A stretch of 35,940 nucleotides of DNA from Bryobacteraceae bacterium. Its GTDB lineage: Bacteria > Acidobacteriota > Terriglobia > Bryobacterales > Bryobacteraceae. Under the pieces are notes generated by a model. That model was not told the DNA's origin. It saw only the letters and a list, made by a program, of their open reading frames with translations, and searched no databases. The translations under genes were made by a program, and so were the position numbers. This document shows, piece after piece, positions 9,251 through 16,756 of the stretch. The first letter of the stretch is position 1, and each line of letters begins with the position of its first letter. Location: positions 1 to 35,940 of the forward strand of contig JBAWDI010000025.1 of assembly GCA_049590695.1 (NCBI GenBank). Direction: 5' to 3'.

Positions 9251-10270
9251 ATGGACGCGGCAGAGCGCCAGCGCTATTCCCGGCAAATCCTGTTTCCAGG
9301 CATCGGGGAACGGGGACAGGAGGCCCTGCTGCGGTCGCACGCGGTGGTGGTGGGCTGCGGCGCGCTGGGGAGTTTTCACGTTGCGGCGCTGGCCCGGGCG
9401 GGGGTGGGCACGCTCACCATCGTCGATCGCGATTACGTGGAGCCGAGCAACCTGCATCGCCAGTGGCTGTTCGAGGAATCCGACGCCGCCGAGTCGCTTC
9501 CCAAGGCCGCGGCCGCCGAGCGGCATGTCGCGCGTATCAATTCCAGCGTTCACGCGCGCGGCGTGGTGGCGGACCTCACGCCCTCGAACGTGGCGGAGTT
9601 GCTGGGCGGCGCGGACCTCATTCTGGACGGCACCGACAACTTTGAAACGCGGTACCTGATCAACGATTTCGCCGTGAGCCGCGGCGTTCCGTGGATCTAC
9701 GGAGCGGCCGTGGGCAGTTACGGCCTGACCATGCCGGTGATTCCGGGACGCACAGCGTGCCTGCGCTGCGTCTATCCCGAACCGCCCGCGGGCGTCCAGC
9801 CAACGTGCGAGACCGCTGGAGTGTTGAACGCGATTATCTCGGCGGTGGCGTCGCTCCAGGTGGCGGATGCGCTGAAGATTCTCTCCGGCAATGCCGGCCT
9901 GGTGCGCGCGCGCCTCACCACGATTGACGTATGGGACGGAGACATCCGGCAGATCGAAGGCCCGCGGATGGACCCGGAATGCCCCGCGTGCGCCCGCCGC
10001 GAATTCCCCTACCTGGAAGAATCGCCCCGCCCGCCGGCGAGCCTGTGCGGCCGGAACGCGGTGCAGATCCACGAGCGCGAGCGGCCGATTGACCTGGCGG
10101 CATTGAAAGCGCGTCTGGAGCCGCTGGGCGAAGTCCGCGCCAACGAATTTGCGCTGAGGTTTTTGGTTGCGCCGTACGAGATGACGGTGTTCCCCGACGG
10201 CCGCGCGATCGTCAAGGGCACCAGCGACACCGGCGTGGCGCGGAGTTTGTACGCGCGGTATGTGGGGTGA
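9251..10270 (+). CDS. ThiF/MoeB/HesA-family E1-like adenylyltransferase
   Basis: It opens with RYSRQILFPGIGERGQEALLRSHAVVVGCGALGS, a Rossmann GxGxxG motif, followed by IVDRDYVEPSNLHRQ. Two CxxC pairs are present (CLRC and CPAC). The ATG at 9251 is preferred over the TTG at 9248. Confidence 0.85.
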   Translation: MDAAERQRYSRQILFPGIGERGQEALLRSHAVVVGCGALGSFHVAALARAGVGTLTIVDRDYVEPSNLHRQWLFEESDAAESLPKAAAAERHVARINSSVHARGVVADLTPSNVAELLGGADLILDGTDNFETRYLINDFAVSRGVPWIYGAAVGSYGLTMPVIPGRTACLRCVYPEPPAGVQPTCETAGVLNAIISAVASLQVADALKILSGNAGLVRARLTTIDVWDGDIRQIEGPRMDPECPACARREFPYLEESPRPPASLCGRNAVQIHERERPIDLAALKARLEPLGEVRANEFALRFLVAPYEMTVFPDGRAIVKGTSDTGVARSLYARYVG

Positions 10271-10279
10271 GTTGAGATT
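9937..10279 (+). repeat. Left copy of a ~340-bp direct repeat (3' end of the thiF-like gene), putative attL-side homology
   Basis: It aligns by hand, without indels, to 16757-17061 plus 17347-17393. I count about 28 substitutions over about 330 nt. Confidence 0.85.
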
Positions 10280-10480
10280 AATTTTCAATTGTGACGTACT
10301 GCGCAAACTGCTACCCTATAGCTTCCGGCAAGGGATCGCCGAAGGAATGCATGCGTCTGTAACCGACTGCAGGAGGCATTCCCGACCTGGTGCCCATCGC
10401 CAACCGGGAAGGCCGAATCCATCTGCGAGGAAGACGGTCGCCTTGAGTCGGGTACCAGCGAGGAACGGCACCTCGACCCT

Positions 10481-11827
10481 ATGATCACGTTTGTCCATCT
10501 CTCGGATATCCACTTCTCCCCGCGGGACGATCTTTCGCAGTTTGACCTCGACCGACAGATCCGACGGGCCTTGCTAGAAGATCTCGAACGCAGACCCGCC
10601 GATGGCGCCGGCTACGATGGACTGCTCATCACCGGCGACATCGCCTTCGCCGGGAAACATGAGGAGTACCAGCGCGCCCAGGTATGGCTTGATGAGGTCT
10701 TTACCAGGACTGGTGCGTCAGCGGCTAGTACTTATGTGGTTCCGGGCAATCACGACGTGGACCGGGCATACGTTGAGCCGGAGTTCCCTCTCTGGGACTC
10801 GCATGTTCGGCTGCGCGAGGCTGCTGACCCAGTTGTTTGGCGCGATATCATAGCGAAGCAACTCCAGCGCGATCCACTGCACACTATGCTTGCCCCACTC
10901 AGGGGCTATAATGATTTCGCCCAGGGGTACGAGTGCCGAACAGAGCCAGGTAGGCTGGCGTGGTGGCGGACTTTTTGGAAAGCGCTTGACGACGGTCGGC
11001 CTGTTCGTCTGCACGGGCTGAATTCGGCGTTGGTTTCCGATGCGGCGGACGCTCCGGGCAAGTTGCTGGTATCCGAGTTTCAAACCTCGCATTTTGAACA
11101 TTCGGGTGGTGTCGTAGACGTGGTATTGTGCCATCATCCACCGGAGTGGCTTCTGGATAAAGGGGCGCTCCGCAACGCGCTACGGACTTTTGTCCCGGTG
11201 GTGCTATTCGGCCACGAACACAGCGCACGCATCGCCGCAGATGTGAAGCAGGTCCAGCTTTTTGCCGGAGCGGTTCAGCCCTCGCGACGCGATCCAGAAT
11301 GGCTGCCAACGTATCACATCGTGCAGCTTATCGTGGAGGGAGCCAATGCTCATCCCGAGTTGATCGTGCGGACGCACACCCGCGAATTTGACAAGCAGAA
11401 CTACCAGTTCCGCTCCCGGCGCAACGAGGACGACGAGCCAGTGGATATACGCCGCGTCAACATCCCGGCATGGACGCCGCCCGTCGCAAAGGCTATAATT
11501 CCCATAGTGGCTGGCCCTGCTTCTGAGTTTTGTTCCGCACCGGTGAACGACAAGCCGTCTTCCGAACCGCCGATGCCCACGCCAAAGGAAACCGCGCAGC
11601 GCGAATTGCTGGTCCAGTTCTTCCGTCTCAGGACCCCTGACCGCTATACTGCCGCCAACGAAGCGGGTTTGCTGCGCGATGGCGATGACGCGCTCAACCC
11701 CCAGACGATGTGGGCGGAGGTTTTTCGCCGTGCGACGGAAGAGCCGCACGGTCTTGCGAGGTTCTGGACCGCCGTCGCCTCCAGAACCCCAACGTTGAAG
11801 GATAGCCCGAATCCGTTTGTTACCTAA
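10481..11827 (+). CDS. Calcineurin-like metallophosphoesterase with a Pro/Ser-rich linker and C-terminal helical tail (candidate effector of the island operon)
   Basis: The ordered metallophosphoesterase motifs are LSDIHF (DxH), ITGDIAF (GD), VPGNHDV (GNHD), LCHHPPEW (H) and LFGHEHS (GHxH). A linker (PVNDKPSSEPPMPTPKE) precedes a tail of about 80 aa that looks helical. Confidence 0.85.
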   Translation: MITFVHLSDIHFSPRDDLSQFDLDRQIRRALLEDLERRPADGAGYDGLLITGDIAFAGKHEEYQRAQVWLDEVFTRTGASAASTYVVPGNHDVDRAYVEPEFPLWDSHVRLREAADPVVWRDIIAKQLQRDPLHTMLAPLRGYNDFAQGYECRTEPGRLAWWRTFWKALDDGRPVRLHGLNSALVSDAADAPGKLLVSEFQTSHFEHSGGVVDVVLCHHPPEWLLDKGALRNALRTFVPVVLFGHEHSARIAADVKQVQLFAGAVQPSRRDPEWLPTYHIVQLIVEGANAHPELIVRTHTREFDKQNYQFRSRRNEDDEPVDIRRVNIPAWTPPVAKAIIPIVAGPASEFCSAPVNDKPSSEPPMPTPKETAQRELLVQFFRLRTPDRYTAANEAGLLRDGDDALNPQTMWAEVFRRATEEPHGLARFWTAVASRTPTLKDSPNPFVT

Positions 11828-11833
11828 GAGATT

Positions 11834-12790
11834 ATGCACCCACACTTGATCGATTGGTTTCGTAACGTCAACATCCACTCAGATCCGATACTGGTTGAGC
11901 GCCGATGGCAGACGGCGGAGGAGTATTCGAGAGCACTCTCACGGTCGTCGATACCACGGTTGCTGCGCCTGTTCCTTTTTCCAAAACCAGAGACCACCGA
12001 GAACGCATGGTTTACCGACGGGTTGCTCACGTTGGATAAGGAGTTCCCCGTGGCAAACAACGCGGAACAATTGCGCCTTATGGCGGGTGTGGTAATGGTC
12101 ACTACGTTCGATGAAGGGTCGGCGGAGGGCTGCGCCTTCGCCCTTGGGTTGCGGGCCGCTGTCTTTCCCAAGAGATCTACGCTGCCAGCACAACCGGAAA
12201 TTCTTGCGGCGGCGGAAGCGTATCTGCAAGCCGAGGCTGAACGGCAACGACCCACGTACTTCGGCGACGCGCCTGAGAGCCGGCTAGCTGAACAGATCCG
12301 GCGACTAGCTGAGGAAACCGGGCTTCTGTGGTGGGTGATCAGCGAGTACAGCACTTCATTGAGACGCCGCACATCCGGGCTGACGGCACCGGCCTACGCG
12401 TTGATTGCGGCGGCAGAGGCTGCGGACCGCACGCAAATACTGCCGCCGCCGCCCTCCGCAGATGCACTACTCGCTCGCGTGCTCAAACCGTGCAAGAGCG
12501 GCCCGAAGAAGGCCCACACCCTGATCGATTTCTGGACCGCAGCCGATGCCGGCTGGCGGGCAGGGCTGCTGCGGAGCATCGATGCTTCCGAGGGCCGCGA
12601 TTTCGTGCCAATTATCACTGGGCTCGCCAAGTGCGAAGAGTTCGGCGAAGCGGTAGGCGCAGCGAGAGTGGTGCCGAAACTCTGCCCCGGCGTGAGCATT
12701 GAGCATCCTCTGTCGCCTGCGGAAGCCGCTCAGCAGCTCTACGTCGAGTTGATGTTTCTGAAGGCGCTGGGTGCCTTAGAGAAGAGCTGA
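11834..12790 (+). CDS. Hypothetical protein (318 aa) that looks all-helical from composition, second gene of the island operon
   Basis: It starts 6 nt after the upstream stop. Coding-like composition runs throughout. It is Ala/Leu/Glu-rich with no catalytic motif that I can recognise. Confidence 0.7.
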   Translation: MHPHLIDWFRNVNIHSDPILVERRWQTAEEYSRALSRSSIPRLLRLFLFPKPETTENAWFTDGLLTLDKEFPVANNAEQLRLMAGVVMVTTFDEGSAEGCAFALGLRAAVFPKRSTLPAQPEILAAAEAYLQAEAERQRPTYFGDAPESRLAEQIRRLAEETGLLWWVISEYSTSLRRRTSGLTAPAYALIAAAEAADRTQILPPPPSADALLARVLKPCKSGPKKAHTLIDFWTAADAGWRAGLLRSIDASEGRDFVPIITGLAKCEEFGEAVGAARVVPKLCPGVSIEHPLSPAEAAQQLYVELMFLKALGALEKS

Positions 12791-12795
12791 TCCCC

Positions 12796-13818
12796 ATGGC
12801 GCGCTGCAAGTTGAGGGATTGCACGATTGCGATAGACGGCCGGTGTTTAGAAGGCCGAGGGAACGAGTGTCCGAATCGTTTGGCTGATGAGTTTTCAGAC
12901 GCGACCGCAACCCAACTGGCCGATTCCTTCAGAGGTTCCGAATCGATGGCTCGCCAATATGCGCCAACTGAGGCGCTCTATTCGGGCCTTCCGCTGGAGA
13001 TCGCTGAAGCAAGGGAGCTTTCCGGACGTGCGCGGGCCATGGTCGTTTCACTGACGGGCATGTCGGAAAGTGGGAAAACCTCGCTTCTCGCACGCCTGCA
13101 TCAGATGTTCCAGACTGGCCCGGTTGGTGGGTACGACTTCGCCGGGAGCCGTACGCTGCCGCGCTTGGAGGAATTGAATTGGCTAGCGACCGTCGAGAGC
13201 GGGGTTGGAACACCGACCATGGAGAAATCATCGCGTCGATTTGACAACAGCTTTCTGCATTTCACGGTCCGGCGGCATCCCGATGGTGGTGATCCCGTAG
13301 ACGTACTGTTGAATGACATTTCGGGCGAGACCTATCCGGAGGCGATCACAGCAGAGAGTGTGTGCACGCAGCTCCTCTGCCTGCGGCGGGCAGACCATCT
13401 GGCCCTGGTTGTAGATGGCGAAGCGATTGCCGATCGCGACCGTCGGCACGACCACTGCGCAAAGGCGAAGAACTTTGTTCAGCGCGTCCTGCAGACAGGG
13501 CAGGCCGGCAACCAGACGGTAGTGCATCTCATCGTTTCAAAACTGGATGTGCTTAACAGGGAGGACCGTAAGACGGAGAACCTCGAAGCTACTGCAAGGC
13601 TTGAAACCGATTTTGTGGCCCAGTTTGAGCCTCGCGTGGCCAGGATTCACCTCTGGCGGCTGGCCGCGCGCCCGCTTGATGGCTCGATGCCAACCGAGGA
13701 AACCGTGGCCAAGCTTTTCGCAACATGGGTCGAAACCACTTATCGATACACGAATACTGATGCGCGCAGTCCCGCTTCAATTGAGCACGCCCGGGACTTC
13801 TGCCGCTTCGGTGCGTAG
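12796..13818 (+). CDS. P-loop GTPase-like protein 1 with an N-terminal Cys cluster
   Basis: G1/Walker A is GMSESGKTS, G3 is LLNDISGE (DxxG), and the G4-like motif is IVSKLD (an NKxD variant). The N-terminus reads CKLRDCTIAIDGRCLEGRGNECPN, with four Cys. It starts 5 nt after the upstream stop. Confidence 0.8.
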   Translation: MARCKLRDCTIAIDGRCLEGRGNECPNRLADEFSDATATQLADSFRGSESMARQYAPTEALYSGLPLEIAEARELSGRARAMVVSLTGMSESGKTSLLARLHQMFQTGPVGGYDFAGSRTLPRLEELNWLATVESGVGTPTMEKSSRRFDNSFLHFTVRRHPDGGDPVDVLLNDISGETYPEAITAESVCTQLLCLRRADHLALVVDGEAIADRDRRHDHCAKAKNFVQRVLQTGQAGNQTVVHLIVSKLDVLNREDRKTENLEATARLETDFVAQFEPRVARIHLWRLAARPLDGSMPTEETVAKLFATWVETTYRYTNTDARSPASIEHARDFCRFGA

Positions 13819-13832
13819 GCTGTAACTCGACT

Positions 13833-14675
13833 ATGGATGAGAACGAACACCAACTGCTCGTCGTCGGTTTGCCTGAAACAGGCAAGACGTCTTTTATTCA
13901 CGCGGTGGATGACCTACTGCAAAGTCCCCCAACACCCGAGGCTCTGCGCAGCTACGGGCTGGCTGGAGACCGAAGCTATCTTGAACGTGACAAGAGAAGT
14001 TTTCGCGCTGGCAAGAAGCTCGTGCACACCGAGCGTAGCCTTCAAGAGGCGGCGCCGGAACTGTGGTTTGAAGATCCCAGAACCGGGCGTAGAGGTCGGC
14101 TCTTTCTCCCTGATCTCAGAGGAGAGATTTTCCAAGACCAATGGACTGACCGGCGGTGGACGGAGTCCTTTCGCGATGATCTCGAGGCCATTAGCGGGGC
14201 GCTGGTCTTTGTGCGAGCCGACACCCCGGCGTCCAATCAAGAGCTGTTGGGACAGATGCTGGAATGGGCGCAGAAGAACGTCAAGCCAGCGCCATGGGAC
14301 CTAAAGAAAGCAAGCCCGCAGGTGCAGCTCGTAGACGTACTCCAGTTTATTGGTACGAAGGCAGAGATCTCGCGCCCGCTGAGGGTTGCGGTGTTGATTT
14401 CCGCGTGGGATACGGTAGGGAAACCGGGCAATCGCCAGCCCAAGGATCCCCGGGCGTTCCTAGCCAGGGAATGGCCGCTGCTGGACCAGTACCTCCGCTC
14501 CAACGCCGAGACCTTTGTCAGGAAGGTTTACGGCGTGAGTGCGCTCGGCGGGACGGAGGAGGAATTGAAGGAGCTGAGTAGGGTGCCTCCGCAGGATCGC
14601 GTGAACCTCGTCGAGGACACGCAATCATCCAAAGACCTGACCCGCCCGCTGCGGTGGTTGCTGAAGCTGGACTAA
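13833..14675 (+). CDS. P-loop GTPase-like protein 2
   Basis: G1/Walker A is GLPETGKTS, G3 is LPDLRGE (DxxG), and the G4-like motif is VLISAWD. It starts 14 nt after the upstream stop. It is clearly divergent from the preceding GTPase-like protein. Confidence 0.8.
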   Translation: MDENEHQLLVVGLPETGKTSFIHAVDDLLQSPPTPEALRSYGLAGDRSYLERDKRSFRAGKKLVHTERSLQEAAPELWFEDPRTGRRGRLFLPDLRGEIFQDQWTDRRWTESFRDDLEAISGALVFVRADTPASNQELLGQMLEWAQKNVKPAPWDLKKASPQVQLVDVLQFIGTKAEISRPLRVAVLISAWDTVGKPGNRQPKDPRAFLAREWPLLDQYLRSNAETFVRKVYGVSALGGTEEELKELSRVPPQDRVNLVEDTQSSKDLTRPLRWLLKLD

Positions 14676-14687
14676 CGCGTTCTCGAT

Positions 14688-16742
14688 ATGCGCGTCGCGT
14701 TCACATTCCATCAAGCACTCTTTGGCTACGACGGCGGTCACCATCTGCTGAGCGCTTCCCTGCAAATGCCTCCCGAAGTGCGGCATTTTCTGGCGGTGGC
14801 CACCGACCTTTCGGGCTCGGCACCTGCAGAGGGCTTCGACACCGCTTACACTGGGCTGCCGCTGGGCGAAACAAATTATTATGCACTCTTTTGCACCTGG
14901 CTTGCGCCAGAGATGCGACGCCCCGGCTGCGTGTGGAGCCATGTCTTGCTCATAGAGTTGGCAGACCTTGCGGAACTACCGGACCTCGGCGCACTTCGCC
15001 GCGCCTTTCGCCGGCCAGTCTCCCCGAATCTGGACGAGTATCGCACCAAGGTTAACTTCCAACCGCAAGGCGCAACACCACCAAGGCTTTCGAGCGCGGT
15101 GACGGCGGATGCGGGCAAGATGCTCGCAGGGCTCTACCTCGCCCCGAAACGGCCGATCGTGTTCCCGACGAACGCGTCGTCGAAGGCGGAGAGTTTGGTG
15201 TTTGCCTTGTGGTCCCAGCAGTGGCCACGATTGCGTCGGAACTTCCGCTTTTCCACCGGCTCCTTCGCAGACCGCGGTCGGAGTGGCGATTCTTTCGATT
15301 TGCAGGTGTCGCCCGAAGTGAACCGTCGAGCTTGGCAGCGCCAAGGTGAATACCTGCTCGTCGATAGCACAACCGCAACTGATGCTGCACTAACGGGTAA
15401 GGCGCCGTCTTGGATGTGCGCGGCACTTAATGACCTGCTTGCTCCGGACGTTGGCGGCTTCCGCTCATTTCTGTGCGCGTATGGAACCGATGTAAATGAT
15501 CCACGCAGCGCATTCGCCCGGTTGGCATTTGCCTACGACCGCGTGGTACTCCGCCCAAACAGCGATTGGATGGAAACGCTCCGTTCCGTTGGTGAGACGT
15601 TCTCGGACCCATCGGAGGCAATTCTTCTCAAGGAGTGGTTAGTGAGTCCTCGCGAGCTCCCCGAATCTGAGGAGGAGTTAAAGCGCAATTTGGCTACGAC
15701 TTCTTTCCTGCTGGATGCCGATGGCGCAAAGCCATACGCAGGGGCATCGCACGGGTTCTCCAGGCTCGCGCGAGGCCTCTGGCCAATGGGGGAAAAGCGG
15801 GTTCTTTCGATGTTGGCAGAGTTGGTTCGTCAGCAGGAACGACCGTGTGCATCCGCTTTCGCTGCAGCGGTGGCCAGCGCCGCCCAACCAAGTGATCTGA
15901 GGGTAATTTCGGAGGAGAGGCCAGAGCTGATACCCCTCTTCCTTCTGCATCGCCCGGAGCTCGCCTTCCACGTTGAAGCTTGGCGGCTGCCAGCGAACAC
16001 ACAATGGCGCATTCATGAGGTTCTCGACGGATTGTCACTAGATGCTAAGGACTGGGGAGAAATCATGGTTGCCATGCTCGTTGCTACGACGAGAATAGCC
16101 GTGCGTGACGTTGTGGAAAAGGCAGGCCCCTATGCGATCGAAGGTGCTTTCCGTTGGCTCGACAATAAGATTGCTCAAGAACGCCTCCCACCAGATCTCT
16201 GGCGGGAGGCTCTTGCGCCACCCGCTGCCGACCGCCTTCAGAATGCAGAATTGTCGTCGCCCGCGACTCTGGCCCTCTGCGCATGGTTTCTCCGACCTGA
16301 GGTCGCGCGCCAGGTACTCAGTGCGTCCCGTGAAGACGTGGTGCAATTGGCGCGGCAGCCCATTCAGGAGCTTCCGCCACCGCTACGTTTGTATACGGCG
16401 TTCTTGTTGGTCACACTCGGATTACGTGCCGGTGACCTTGGGGGCGCGGCACTCGTAGCGCGGGGATTTTTCCGTGTTCATGACGCGCTCGCATCTAACG
16501 ATTATTCTTCGGACTCGTGGCGGCTCCTGTGTCCAGAGCTGCCTTATCTGGGGCGCTGGAAGGAGTGGGACCGATGTGAAAAACTGCGGCGGGCCGTGCG
16601 AATGCGATTATCTCCTCACATAAAGCTGATATCCGAGATGTTGCTCGCAGCCGCAGTCAGCCCGGAACATCGCGAGATCGTTCGCCTAATTGGGGCGGGG
16701 TCTTCACCGCCGGCGAGCGATCTTGACGCCAGTCTGTTGTAG
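14688..16742 (+). CDS. Large hypothetical protein (684 aa), fifth gene of the island operon
   Basis: It starts 12 nt after the upstream stop and is an uninterrupted 684-codon ORF with coding-like composition. The N-terminal block reads FHQALFGYDGGHHLLSASLQ...RRPGCVWSHVLLI. I cannot assign any catalytic motif. Confidence 0.75.
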   Translation: MRVAFTFHQALFGYDGGHHLLSASLQMPPEVRHFLAVATDLSGSAPAEGFDTAYTGLPLGETNYYALFCTWLAPEMRRPGCVWSHVLLIELADLAELPDLGALRRAFRRPVSPNLDEYRTKVNFQPQGATPPRLSSAVTADAGKMLAGLYLAPKRPIVFPTNASSKAESLVFALWSQQWPRLRRNFRFSTGSFADRGRSGDSFDLQVSPEVNRRAWQRQGEYLLVDSTTATDAALTGKAPSWMCAALNDLLAPDVGGFRSFLCAYGTDVNDPRSAFARLAFAYDRVVLRPNSDWMETLRSVGETFSDPSEAILLKEWLVSPRELPESEEELKRNLATTSFLLDADGAKPYAGASHGFSRLARGLWPMGEKRVLSMLAELVRQQERPCASAFAAAVASAAQPSDLRVISEERPELIPLFLLHRPELAFHVEAWRLPANTQWRIHEVLDGLSLDAKDWGEIMVAMLVATTRIAVRDVVEKAGPYAIEGAFRWLDNKIAQERLPPDLWREALAPPAADRLQNAELSSPATLALCAWFLRPEVARQVLSASREDVVQLARQPIQELPPPLRLYTAFLLVTLGLRAGDLGGAALVARGFFRVHDALASNDYSSDSWRLLCPELPYLGRWKEWDRCEKLRRAVRMRLSPHIKLISEMLLAAAVSPEHREIVRLIGAGSSPPASDLDASLL

Positions 16743-16756
16743 GTGCACGGCCTCGC

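Noticed and set aside
9107-10306. A 399-aa minus-strand ORF opposite the thiF-like gene.
   Set aside because: It is antisense to a gene with clear Rossmann and CxxC motifs, and its composition is Arg/Ala/His-rich junk.
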